From: Ktedonobacteraceae bacterium | GTDB lineage: Bacteria; Chloroflexota; Ktedonobacteria; Ktedonobacterales; Ktedonobacteraceae | NCBI GenBank assembly: GCA_035493895.1 | Contig: DATJHM010000048.1 | Location: forward strand, 725 to 64,724 | Length of the DNA stretch: 64,000 nucleotides | Direction: 5' to 3' | Shown here: piece after piece, positions 33,072-42,706 of the stretch | How the letters are laid out: every line of letters starts with the position of its first letter | How positions within the stretch are numbered: the first letter of the stretch is position 1 | The notes under the pieces: generated by a model | Seen by the model: the letters and a program-made list of their open reading frames with translations, nothing else | Databases searched by the model: none | What the model was told of the DNA's origin: nothing | Program-made: the position numbers and the translations under genes

Positions 33072-33557
33072 CTTTCACAAAAAGCAATGTGCCTACATTT
33101 CCGTATTTCATTGAATATGCTCAATTTGTGCATCGACAGACCCGATTGTCTGCCTCAAATGGAAACTTGCTAACATTGACTCGAGAGATTAAAAAGGCTC
33201 ACAAGAGGACGTAGGGTTTGAAGAGAAGTCGAAAAGTACTTTTCGGTGGTAACTCCTTTCTGGCCGATAACGACAGGTATCGTACTATACATAGTATATA
33301 TTTAATCAGGCAATATTGCTAGAGAGGACGTGTATTTGCTGGATTTATCTTCGCCTTAGGCCGCATCTTTAATGCTGATGCAGAGGACATTTGAGGATTT
33401 TTTTGTTTCCCTTTTACTGTAGAGGTAAATAAGTACAATCTGGTGAGATTTAGCGGTCTTCAGTTGTCTCGTTTTACCCATTTTTATGCAACCTTCCTGA
33501 CTTCTACGGTGTCATAGCTACTAGACAATGCGTTAGGATAGGAGCACTGATGAGTCT

Positions 33558-34142
33558 ATGAGCCAACAAGAGGATCATCTTACGGCCCTTTTAATAAAAG
33601 ATGTAGATAGCTATTTCAAGCAGTTCGTCGAGACCTATCAACACCAGTTGTATCGCTTGATGTATCGCCAGGTCGGTAGCATGCAGGATACAGAAGACAT
33701 TCTTCAGGAAACCTTTGTGCGCGCCTATTATGCGTTACGTGACTATGCTGCTCAGGGCGTTTCTCTCCAATATATTCGTCCCTGGCTGTATAAGATCGCC
33801 TTCAATGTCTACTATAACAGGTTACGGGCTACAAGGCCCCTGGTACTTCCTCTGGATATGCTGGAAGAAGGGATGTTATTTGAACTGGAGTATCCAGGTC
33901 CCGGTCCAGAAGAGTTAGTAGATCGGCAGGAGAGCCTGCGCGAGGTGTCGGAGGCTATCGCTTCGCTGCCTGAGCACTATCGTGTTGTGCTGGGTCTCTA
34001 TTATGTCGAACAACTCAGCTATCAGGAAGTTGCGGACCTGCTTCACCAGCCTCTGGGTACGATCAAGTCGAAGATTCACCGTGGACTGAATCTGGTACGT
34101 GCCGTGCTCAACAATGTTCGTAGAGAGGAGAGAGCACAATGA
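33558..34142 (+). CDS. ECF-type sigma-70 family RNA polymerase sigma factor
   Basis: Region 2 (DTEDILQETFVRAYY) and region 4 (LSYQEVADLLHQPLGTIKSKIHRG). Confidence 0.9.
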   Translation: MSQQEDHLTALLIKDVDSYFKQFVETYQHQLYRLMYRQVGSMQDTEDILQETFVRAYYALRDYAAQGVSLQYIRPWLYKIAFNVYYNRLRATRPLVLPLDMLEEGMLFELEYPGPGPEELVDRQESLREVSEAIASLPEHYRVVLGLYYVEQLSYQEVADLLHQPLGTIKSKIHRGLNLVRAVLNNVRREERAQ

Positions 34143-36349
34143 ACGAGAATGAAAACCATCACTTTCATATGCAAGATGAGCAGGCACCTTCCTCGCTTAT
34201 GCCTGCGTTACTTGCTCGCCTGGGACTGGATGGTTCTGAGCAAGTGCCTGAGCCCTCTTTGGCGGCGTTGAAGATAGCTCTGAGCAGTCCCGAATGGACG
34301 GTGCGCATCGATGCAGTACAGAAGCTGGAGCATGTAAGAGACGAGGAGTCGTTTCAACTGCTTCTCGCGGCCTTGCACGACGAAGACGATTCAGTACGCG
34401 CCTGTGCGATCCGTGTGCTGGGGAGGCGCAGCGATTCAGCGAAGCACGTCGCGCTTGAGCAACTGGAAACGGCTCTGCATGATAGCGCGTGGCATGTGCG
34501 TGAAACAGCCGTTTATGCGCTGGCCGTCCTGGGCGATCAGACCTCGCTTCTGGCATTGAGAGAGGCCCTGCACGATTCCGATGATGCCGTGCGCCAGGCA
34601 GCACAAATTGCTATCCAGCGCCTTCAACACGAGGCGGACAAGCGCGAGTCAAGCAAGGAACAGCCTGTCCTGGAGCAGGCCCTCCCCTTATCCCCATCAT
34701 TTATTGGAGTGTGCTCTCAGCAGATGCGCCGCTTCGTATTGCGCCTGCAATCGCACGCATCCACCGATACAGAAGAGGGTCTGGATATGCTCGAAGAAAC
34801 ACAAGAGGTGGAGACTGAATATCCGCCTGTGGCGAGCGAAAGAACATTCGGGACAAAGCGTCCCACTCCGCCGCGACAGGTCCGGCCACAGCGTCGCCTG
34901 ATGCGCGTGCTGGAACAGGGGATGGCCGCTGTACTCATCCTGGCCCTCCTTGTTGGATGGTTCGCGCTCAGTCGCTGGTCTCATACCTCCAGCGGATCAC
35001 CATCTGACGCAGATACATCCTCGCCTGGTAAGCCTGTTGCGACAGTCCAGAGCAACTTTTATGGGTTATCCGGCTGGTCGCCCGATGGACATACGTTCAT
35101 CTATCAGCATGTGAACACGCAGAAGCACACGTTGGAAGTGGTTATGCTGGATGCAGCCACCGGGCGCTCTACTTTCTATCCTGTGCTGGATGCCTCCTGG
35201 ACACCAGATGACTACTTGATGGTTCTGGGGGGGCGCTATTTGCTGGCCTTACGCCCTCATGGGGCGAATCAGGCAACAATGGTAATCTGGGATATTATCG
35301 GGCATCGCGCTATCACGACGCAAATTGTTTCTGCCCGGCTTGCAGGAAATGGTCAGGTTGTATCGCCCCAGATTATGCCCTCGGATAATGGGCAGAAGTT
35401 TGCCGCGTATTTCCCTGATGGAACAGTGGCAATCTGGGATCTTGCCAGCGGCCAGAAACTGGTCACCTGTGAAGGGAACGTTCCGTTGCGTTATCAAGGT
35501 CCTGTGTATATCAGGTGGTATAATCACGATCAGGACTTGCTCTTGAACTCTATTGATGGAAGCCAGATTGTGGCGTGGAACGCGACTACAGGGGCTCGTT
35601 TATTCAATTTGCACGAGAACGACGCCCCTGAAACGCGCCACACTTTTCCTCAAGTTTCGCCGAATAGCAAATATCTGTTATTAACCACAGGCCATCCGCT
35701 AACAGATCCTAAAATGCCACACGCTTCATCATATTATATTTCCGACACCGTAGAAATTCTGGATGCTTCTTCTGGTCAGGTGATACATCGCTATCCTCTC
35801 AGTGCGTCATCAGAAGAATTTGTCTGGTTACCCGATAGTCAACGTTTGCTTGTGACAACTGTCCATACCAGTAGCTCCGACACTCCATCTTCTTTAACCC
35901 ACGCGACGGAGCAGGTAAGTATCTGGAATATCTTCACCAATCAGATAACACCTCTTACTTCTGCTTCTTATGATGGGGTGGACTGGCACACAGCAGATGG
36001 TCGGTATATGATCCTGGGTAGCCGCGATGGCCGCTCGCTGAAAATCTGGCAAACGAGCAATAGTCGTCTGATTGCCACGATTGAGACACCCGGAACACCT
36101 GCCAGAACAGATGCGTTTTTTTCCCTGGGCAATCAGTACCTGGTCATAGGGCAGAGGGAGAACTTTTCTATCTGGAGTATAGCCAGCGGAAAGTTACTCT
36201 ACACATATCACGGTCCTACACCTTTTTCTCTTTATGGACAGAGTGGAAGCTTAGTGACATGGTCACCCAATGAGAAGTATCTCTCCATGATCGCAGGAAG
36301 CGAGCCTTCGATCGGTTCGGGAAGCCTTGCTATCTGGCGTATACCTTGA
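34139..36349 (+). CDS. membrane protein with cytoplasmic HEAT repeats, one TM helix and extracytoplasmic beta-propeller-like domain (anti-sigma-like partner)
   Basis: ATGA start/stop overlap with the sigma gene. HEAT repeats (EWTVRIDAVQKL, DDSVRACAIRVLG, AWHVRETAVYALA, DDAVRQAAQIAI), a TM helix MAAVLILALLVGWFAL, and repeated WD-like blades (VAIWDL, VAWNAT, VSIWNI, LKIWQT, FSIWSI, LAIWRI). Confidence 0.8.
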   Translation: MNENENHHFHMQDEQAPSSLMPALLARLGLDGSEQVPEPSLAALKIALSSPEWTVRIDAVQKLEHVRDEESFQLLLAALHDEDDSVRACAIRVLGRRSDSAKHVALEQLETALHDSAWHVRETAVYALAVLGDQTSLLALREALHDSDDAVRQAAQIAIQRLQHEADKRESSKEQPVLEQALPLSPSFIGVCSQQMRRFVLRLQSHASTDTEEGLDMLEETQEVETEYPPVASERTFGTKRPTPPRQVRPQRRLMRVLEQGMAAVLILALLVGWFALSRWSHTSSGSPSDADTSSPGKPVATVQSNFYGLSGWSPDGHTFIYQHVNTQKHTLEVVMLDAATGRSTFYPVLDASWTPDDYLMVLGGRYLLALRPHGANQATMVIWDIIGHRAITTQIVSARLAGNGQVVSPQIMPSDNGQKFAAYFPDGTVAIWDLASGQKLVTCEGNVPLRYQGPVYIRWYNHDQDLLLNSIDGSQIVAWNATTGARLFNLHENDAPETRHTFPQVSPNSKYLLLTTGHPLTDPKMPHASSYYISDTVEILDASSGQVIHRYPLSASSEEFVWLPDSQRLLVTTVHTSSSDTPSSLTHATEQVSIWNIFTNQITPLTSASYDGVDWHTADGRYMILGSRDGRSLKIWQTSNSRLIATIETPGTPARTDAFFSLGNQYLVIGQRENFSIWSIASGKLLYTYHGPTPFSLYGQSGSLVTWSPNEKYLSMIAGSEPSIGSGSLAIWRIP

Positions 36350-36361
36350 GCCTGGCCTTTG

Positions 36362-36396
36362 TGCCCGTGTGGACGAATATATCATCCACACGGGCA
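36362..36396. terminator. Hairpin between convergent genes
   Basis: TGCCCGTGTGGA ... TCCACACGGGCA forms a 12-bp perfect stem. Confidence 0.55.
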
Positions 36397-36442
36397 AATA
36401 GCGACTATTCAGAACACAACGAGTTCTGAATAGTCGCTATTT
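36397..36442. terminator. Second hairpin between convergent genes
   Basis: AAATAGCGACTATTCAGAAC ... GTTCTGAATAGTCGCTATTT forms a 20-bp perfect stem that overlaps the DinB stop codon. Confidence 0.55.
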
Positions 36443-37006
36443 GCGAGCTTCTCGCGCCTGACGCATGATCTCGCGCAACTGCCCCACGTGGTCTGTATCG
36501 TGGGCGAGACCCAGGATGAAGCGACCAACGGCATTGAGTGCGCCTACTTGAGGAAATGGGATGTAGGCGACATCCAGATGGGGCTCATCGGGCCACGCGT
36601 CCAGCATCGCTTTGCGCATACGCCGACTCTCCTCGAGGCGCTGACGTACCTGGGCGATGGTCGTGACGCTTTGCCATGGTGTCTCGTAGCGTGAGCGGCC
36701 CTCAACCTCCAGACCACGTGCCAGGACCAGCGCTAATGCCGCCGACTCCTCAGATGAGGCCGTGGCGTGGACGATCACGTGGCCCAGCGTCCAGGCCAGA
36801 TTGTCTTCCTCAGGAATGCCAAAGGGATCTTTCGCATTGGGGTCCTGCGGCACAAAGGCCACGTCCTGGTCGACGGCATCCTCGACGATGGTCTTCATGG
36901 TGTCAATCATCTCATCCGTTAAGGCGTAGAGATCGGCTTTTGTCAGGCTTTCCGCAAGACCTGCGAAAGACAGGGACCCATTTCTGACTGGTGTGAAATC
37001 AAGCAT
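36437..37006 (-). CDS. DinB family (YfiT-like) metal-dependent protein
   Basis: 189 aa with His-triad spacing ([12 protein letters not shown] ... [11 protein letters not shown]) typical of the DinB superfamily. Confidence 0.75.
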   Translation of the reverse strand: MLDFTPVRNGSLSFAGLAESLTKADLYALTDEMIDTMKTIVEDAVDQDVAFVPQDPNAKDPFGIPEEDNLAWTLGHVIVHATASSEESAALALVLARGLEVEGRSRYETPWQSVTTIAQVRQRLEESRRMRKAMLDAWPDEPHLDVAYIPFPQVGALNAVGRFILGLAHDTDHVGQLREIMRQAREARK

Positions 37007-37192
37007 TGCAATTCTCCAGTAAAATAATGGTTTGTGATTGGTAAAAATAGGACTATGTTAAAAGGTGAACAACTTTCCTTTTCTGAAAACATTGTACTTG
37101 ATTGGCCTATTCCAGCATTTCAGTCTGATCCTCATCTCGCATGGGCATTGCTAGATAGTGGCAGAGAGCGTCTTCTTCGTGATAGGGTAGAG

Positions 37193-37885
37193 ATGGGGAG
37201 ACTGTCCCACGAAAAAAATTGCGAGATGAAGAAAATCGGCGTGAAGAAATCTATAAATATGAGGCGTATCCTCAGCAATCTGTTTATAGCCGCGCTCATC
37301 GCCAGCCCATTTTTGTATATCGGTTCCGTCTACCCTGCTACCAGACATACTGCTCTCTTCACGATTTTGCTGGGGTATCTCTCGCTCATCCTTGTGTTTG
37401 TTAGCTTGCTCATCGGGCCGCTCAACCTCCTGCGCTCCAGACGTAACCCGGTGAATATTTTCCTGCGGCGCGATATTGGCATCTGGTCCGCCGTAACTGG
37501 TTGCTATCATGTCGCCCTGGCCGTTGAGACACGTTCTGGTAGCCAGATCCTCCGCTTTTTCCTCAGAGAAGGAAGTATCGTGCCGCTGTTCACACTCTAT
37601 GGTTTGAGCAACGATACTGGCCTGTTTGCGACAATTCTGCTTGTGTTGTTGCTGCTGCTCTCGAATACGTTGTCGCTGCGTCTCCTCAAGGGAAAGCGCT
37701 GGAAGCAAATTCAGCGCCTGAGCTATCTGCTGACGCTGCTGGCGCTGGCGCATACCTTTGGCTATCAATATATAGATGGGCAGAATGCGCTCTTTTTCGT
37801 GGCAGTGATTAGCATGATCGTGCTCGTTCTTATCGGTCAGGGGATAGGGATTGCGCTCGTTCGCGCTCGTCAGAAGCGGGGGTAG
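37193..37885 (+). CDS. ferric-reductase-like transmembrane protein (MsrQ/YedZ-like), start uncertain
   Basis: Six predicted TM helices with conserved His residues (CYHVALAV, LALAHTFGY). Possible starts are at 37193, 37226 and 37259. Confidence 0.5.
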   Translation: MGRLSHEKNCEMKKIGVKKSINMRRILSNLFIAALIASPFLYIGSVYPATRHTALFTILLGYLSLILVFVSLLIGPLNLLRSRRNPVNIFLRRDIGIWSAVTGCYHVALAVETRSGSQILRFFLREGSIVPLFTLYGLSNDTGLFATILLVLLLLLSNTLSLRLLKGKRWKQIQRLSYLLTLLALAHTFGYQYIDGQNALFFVAVISMIVLVLIGQGIGIALVRARQKRG

Positions 37886-37975
37886 GCGTAGAAAAGTGGT
37901 GGGGAGGGGGCAGGGCTCATCCATAATGGTTTCATCCCTGCCCACAATGGCTTATCAGCTCCTGCTTTGTGGAAG

Positions 37976-39037
37976 CTACTTCTTTTGCTGCTGTTCAGCT
38001 AACTCTTTGACGCGTTGCACATGGTTTTTGTGGCAGATCACCGTCGTTCCCGCCATTTCGACCACGATCACATCTTCCAGGCCAATCGTAAAGACCTGGC
38101 GCTCGGTCGTATTGTAGACGACGATATTCTGGCAGCCGAGACTTTGATGGCTTCCGATCGCACGTACGCCCAGCTCATCTGCGGGGAAGAGCGCGCCATA
38201 TTGATCCCAGTTGCCAACATCGTTCCAGCCGAGTTGTGCCGGGATCACGACGAGATTATGCGTCTTTTCGAGGATACCATAATCGATAGAGATGGATTGT
38301 ATCGTCGGCCAGAGCTCTTCGAGCACGCTTGTCTCCGCGGTCGTGCCCTGCGCATCCACAATCGCACTGATCGTTTTTGCCACGGCGGGGAGATGTTCGC
38401 GAAATTCAGCGAGAATGCTCTGCACCTTCCAGATAAAAATACCGGCATTCCAGACATAATGCCCATCCTGTAGATAGCTCTGAGCCGTAGCCAGGTTCGG
38501 CTTCTCTACAAAACGTTCTGCGTTATGGGCGTTGTGCTCAAATCCCTCGCTGACTTTATCGGCATAGCGGATATAGCCGTAACCAGTTTCAGGGGAAGTG
38601 GGAGTAATGCCGATGGTCACAAGATGGCCCTGTTCCGCGAGATCATATGCCAGATGGAGCGTCTGTCTGAGCGCGTCGACATCGAGGATCACCGCGTCGG
38701 CGCTAAAAATAGCCATGACAGCCTCCGGGTCCTGCCGTGCAATGGTCTCGGCGGCCCAGGCAATGGCGGGAGCAGAGTTACGTCCCATTGGTTCTTTCAA
38801 AATATGCGTGGAGGCAATGGATGGGAGATGTTCTTGTACCAGCCCCGCCATTGAACGACCGGTAACGACCCATGATTGTGCCGCAGACGTAAGTGGTGCC
38901 ACGCGGTTCAGCGTCTCTTGAATCATACTATTTCCGCTGGGAAGGGGCAGAAATTGTTTGGGAAAGCTAGGAGTACTGAGCGGCCATAATCTTGTACCAC
39001 TGCCACCTGCCAGGATCACAGCATTAAAATGTTTCAA
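37976..39037 (-). CDS. mannose-1-phosphate guanylyltransferase
   Basis: The AVILAGGSGTRLWPLS...FPKQFLPL signature. The likely start is the TTG at 39037, 7 nt after AAGGAG. The ORF track extends to 39070. Confidence 0.85.
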   Translation of the reverse strand: MKHFNAVILAGGSGTRLWPLSTPSFPKQFLPLPSGNSMIQETLNRVAPLTSAAQSWVVTGRSMAGLVQEHLPSIASTHILKEPMGRNSAPAIAWAAETIARQDPEAVMAIFSADAVILDVDALRQTLHLAYDLAEQGHLVTIGITPTSPETGYGYIRYADKVSEGFEHNAHNAERFVEKPNLATAQSYLQDGHYVWNAGIFIWKVQSILAEFREHLPAVAKTISAIVDAQGTTAETSVLEELWPTIQSISIDYGILEKTHNLVVIPAQLGWNDVGNWDQYGALFPADELGVRAIGSHQSLGCQNIVVYNTTERQVFTIGLEDVIVVEMAGTTVICHKNHVQRVKELAEQQQKK

Positions 39038-39305
39038 AATAGAACTCCTTAAATGGCAAACGTGTTGCAAGTGCGATTGTGCTCGTTAAAATTCCAGTTG
39101 GTCGCTTACAACCATCGTCCTGTTCTAAAGGCATTGTATAGAGGTTTTTTAATGGTGTCAATGAAACTGTACTATTATTTTAGAGAAGAAAATAGGACGA
39201 AAACAAGAGGCGTGCTACCGTTACTCTGTTCGGGCTAACGAGCACAAGTGCGGTAATGCACGCATTCTCTTTTCTCTATATGACAAAACCATGTCCAGGC
39301 CAGGG

Positions 39306-40178
39306 TTAAGCGGCTGTTGTGTCCTTGTTGAGATCTGCTGGTAACTGTGCGCGTCGTGCCATCTGTTCCGGTGAAACGCGATAGACCTCTTTCACCAGAC
39401 CCACATGCTCGAGCGTCCAGATAATATAGCCCGAAAGATCAAATTGCCACCAGCGGAGACCATGAAAGGCTGAGCGGGGGAACGCGTGGTGGTTGTTGTG
39501 CCAGCCCTCGCCCATGGCAAGTAGTCCCACAAGCCATTCGTTGCGGCTCGCATCGTTGGTCTCAAACTCGCGTTTGCCAAATGAGTGGCAGATCGAATTG
39601 ACGCTCCAGGTAATGTGATGAGCCAGGAAAATGCGCACCAGTCCGCCCCACAAGAGTCCACTCCAGCCACCAATCGCAAATGGTATCAGCAGTGAGAGCA
39701 CGACCCAGAGGAGAAATGTGCGGCTGACAAACATGACCTGCTGATCTTTGAGTAGATGGCGGCAATAGATCTCAGGTGCGGCCTGCCGATCTTTGAAAAG
39801 CCAGCCGACATGCGCGTGGAAAAAGCCTTCCATCGGGCTATGAGGATCGCCCTCTTTATCGGAATGGGCATGGTGTTTCACATGTGTGGCTGTCCACTCA
39901 ATCGCTGCGCCTTCCAGAGCCATTGAGCCGAGCACGAGGAAAATGAACTTGATGACCGGGTGGGGATTGAAGCTGCGGTGGGTTAACATCCGGTGATAGC
40001 CAATGGTAATGCCGAGCGCGGTACATATATACAGGCTGATCAATAGCGCAATATCTGTCTCATTCACTGCACGCATCCAGAGCATGCGTATCGCAAAAAC
40101 TGTCGCAACAAGGGGACCTATCACAACTACCAGAAGAATGGCCTTATACAGGGTTTTCGAATTCAATCTAACCTCCAA
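39306..40178 (-). CDS. acyl-CoA (delta-9-type) fatty acid desaturase
   Basis: Three His boxes (HRMLTH, HVKHHAHSD, HNNHHAF) and four TM helices. Confidence 0.9.
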   Translation of the reverse strand: MEVRLNSKTLYKAILLVVVIGPLVATVFAIRMLWMRAVNETDIALLISLYICTALGITIGYHRMLTHRSFNPHPVIKFIFLVLGSMALEGAAIEWTATHVKHHAHSDKEGDPHSPMEGFFHAHVGWLFKDRQAAPEIYCRHLLKDQQVMFVSRTFLLWVVLSLLIPFAIGGWSGLLWGGLVRIFLAHHITWSVNSICHSFGKREFETNDASRNEWLVGLLAMGEGWHNNHHAFPRSAFHGLRWWQFDLSGYIIWTLEHVGLVKEVYRVSPEQMARRAQLPADLNKDTTAA

Positions 40179-40527
40179 AGCTGATGTCCTGCTTTTGTAT
40201 GAGGATCATCGCATAAACCACTTTTTATTGCGTGGTAATTAGTAAGAGTGAAGTTTCCTCTTTTTTGTTTCATGAGTTTTGAAAGTCCTGATAGCTCTTC
40301 ACCTTCTCAAGAATTTTCTTGGTTGATAGTTCAGCACATGATTCGCCACGGCAATCATGTGCTCAGGGGACAATTGCGCCGCATGTATAATAAATATATA
40401 TGCTGGCCAGGGGCATATTTTGTTCACCCTCTGCTCCTGGCCATACCGTTGCAAGGACCGATCACTACCGTCTACCTGCCAATCGTCAGCCAAAAATCGC
40501 TCAAAACAGTTCTAGAAAAGGATCTCC

Positions 40528-42498
40528 GTGGAGAATTTTGATCAGCAGCAATGGAAACAACCATCGTTCTATGATACCGGGACCTCTTTAAGTTATAGAC
40601 AAAGCAGCGAATATGCGTATCTCGAGCCAACACTGCCCATTCAACGTCCGCTCAGCCTGCAAGAGCAACGGCTCCGCCAGTTGCGCGAGGGTCGCGAGCA
40701 ACGCCAGCGACGAACAGTCCCGCTCAAGAGGAGCGGCGAGCTCTCCTGCGGTCTGGTGGAACTCTCCCAGCAAGGGCCACCACGGCGGATCAGTATTGGC
40801 AAAGCGGCCTTGCTCATCTCGGCCTCACTGACCGCCAGCCGTTTTCTGGGATTGCTGCAAAAAGCCCTGTTTACCGCGGTCTTTCGTCCCTCAGCTGTAA
40901 CCGATGCCTTTAATCAGGCCAGCCTTGTGCCGGACCTGATTTTTAATATCGTCGCCGGGGGCGCGCTCATGTCGGCGTTTATCCCTGTGTTTAATGCCTA
41001 TATGCTCGAGCAAAAAGAGTCGCAGGAGGGCTGGCATGTGGCGAATGCAGCTCTGAGTCTGGTGATGAGTGGCATGGTGCTACTGGCGGGCATAGCAATG
41101 ATCTTCGCCCCGCAGATCGTATGGCCGTATAATTATAATGTTTCTCCGCAACAGCTCACTTTTATCGCAACGCTCACCCGGATTATGCTCTTACAGTCGG
41201 TGATCATGGGGAGCGGCGTGATCGTGACCAGTGTGCTCAATGCGCGTCAGCATTTCTTTTTGCCCGCGCTTGGTACCTTGCTCTATCCCGTAGGCGCGAT
41301 TATCGGCCTCTTCCCGGGATTAGTCCTGGTTCTTTTACATCACCCGAATGATGTGCTTGCCGTCTATTGTGCAACCGCAGGGGTCGTGTTAGGGGCGCTC
41401 TTCATGGTTGGCGTGCAGGTGCCGGGTTTAGTGCGTGTGGGCATGGACTTTCGTTTTACGCTCGATTGGCGTCATCCCGGTATTCGTCAGATGGTACGTC
41501 AGATGCTGCCCCGCCTTGCCAACACACTGATGCTCAATTTTTCTACTGCTATCGATCGTATTCTTCTCTCGTTTCTCGTCATTGCCGTGGGATCGGCAGG
41601 TTTCACCACCGTCTATATGCTGGCTTTTGCGGTCGTCTCCATCCCGCTCAGCCTCGTCATGGCATTGGGAACGGCGACCTTTCCTACGATGTCCGAGTAT
41701 GCCGTCACCGGGCAGATGGAGCGCTTTGTCGCGATCGTGCTGGAGGCGTTGCGCAGCATTCTTTTTGTCTCTATTCCCTGTGCAGTCGGGCTATTGATCC
41801 TCAATCTGTCTATCGTGCAGATCATGTTTGAGCACGGTTCTTTCACACTTTTGTATGCAGAATTGACTGCCGTGCCCTTGCTTGGTTTTGCACTTGGCCT
41901 GCCCGGGAACGCCGCCATAGAAATTCTCACACGTGCTTTTTACGCGCTACGCAATAGTAAAACGCCGGTTCTGATCAGCATCTGGCAATTTTTGCTCAAA
42001 ATCGTGCTGAGCCTGTTATTGCTCGACCCGATTGTCTGGTGTGCGGAGCATGGTCTGGGGAACTGGGCATCAGGCGTTCTGACGCGACCGTTGCAGGTCG
42101 GAGCCTGGGGGATGGCCGCACTCTCACTGGCGACCTCTATTGCGGTGCTGGCAGAGGCGGGAATTTTGCTCTGGCTGTTGCATCAGCAGCTTGGAGGGTT
42201 GCATTTGCGTGCGCTGGCGCTCTTTGTGGTGCGTGTGGGCATCGCGACGCTGGCCCTGGCTCTGGCGCTCCTGCTTTCACGCTGGCTGCTCGATATGCTG
42301 TTCGTGACGGCCTCTACGAATGCAGAGCAATCGCTTGGAGTATCTGGCATCGTTTTGGTGTTGCTCAAACTGGTCCTCTCAGTCTGTATCGGAGGATTCG
42401 TGTATGTACGTGCCGCACGTTTTTTGCATATTCTGAATGCAGAGCAGCTCGGACCTGTGAACAGATTGCTCGTGAGGCTGCATTTATCCCGGGTGTAG
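40528..42498 (+). CDS. murJ: lipid II flippase MurJ paralog 1 with Gln/Arg-rich N-terminal extension
   Basis: SRFLGLLQKALFTAVFRPSAVTDAFNQASLVPDLIFNIVAGGALMSAFIPVF is the MurJ N-terminal signature. About 14 TM helices. GTG start at 40528. Confidence 0.85.
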   Translation: MENFDQQQWKQPSFYDTGTSLSYRQSSEYAYLEPTLPIQRPLSLQEQRLRQLREGREQRQRRTVPLKRSGELSCGLVELSQQGPPRRISIGKAALLISASLTASRFLGLLQKALFTAVFRPSAVTDAFNQASLVPDLIFNIVAGGALMSAFIPVFNAYMLEQKESQEGWHVANAALSLVMSGMVLLAGIAMIFAPQIVWPYNYNVSPQQLTFIATLTRIMLLQSVIMGSGVIVTSVLNARQHFFLPALGTLLYPVGAIIGLFPGLVLVLLHHPNDVLAVYCATAGVVLGALFMVGVQVPGLVRVGMDFRFTLDWRHPGIRQMVRQMLPRLANTLMLNFSTAIDRILLSFLVIAVGSAGFTTVYMLAFAVVSIPLSLVMALGTATFPTMSEYAVTGQMERFVAIVLEALRSILFVSIPCAVGLLILNLSIVQIMFEHGSFTLLYAELTAVPLLGFALGLPGNAAIEILTRAFYALRNSKTPVLISIWQFLLKIVLSLLLLDPIVWCAEHGLGNWASGVLTRPLQVGAWGMAALSLATSIAVLAEAGILLWLLHQQLGGLHLRALALFVVRVGIATLALALALLLSRWLLDMLFVTASTNAEQSLGVSGIVLVLLKLVLSVCIGGFVYVRAARFLHILNAEQLGPVNRLLVRLHLSRV

Positions 42499-42512
42499 AG
42501 GCGATGATGGCC

Positions 42513-42574
42513 GTAGGGATGGGGCTTGTCTCCATCCGTTGCTCGCCGCGGATGGAGACAAGCCCCATCCCTAC
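42513..42574. repeat. REP-like palindrome, family e (GTAGGGATGGGGCTTGTCTCCATCCG ... CGGATGGAGACAAGCCCCATCCCTAC)
   Basis: A perfect 26-nt inverted repeat pair with GTAG/CTAC ends. It lies between the two murJ paralogs and probably also acts as a terminator. Confidence 0.75.
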
Positions 42575-42706
42575 TAGTCAGGAAAAGGAGAGTGTGGTAT
42601 GCTTGACGAGCGGTGCGGATAATGCACCCGGTACGTCAGAAATTTGAAATGTAATGTTTTACTACAATTTTTAATGTTTTAGAGCACTATTGTGGAAAAC
42701 GAAGGA

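Noticed and set aside
37151-37945. 264-aa minus-strand ORF antisense to the ferric-reductase-like membrane gene. The same reasoning applies to 24865-25542, 29484-30188, 12105-12713, 43913-44479, 22181-22720, 22341-22868, 52843-53505 and 60798-61394.
   Set aside because: These are antisense shadow ORFs overlapping genes with recognisable domains. They have no motifs, biased composition and no RBS.
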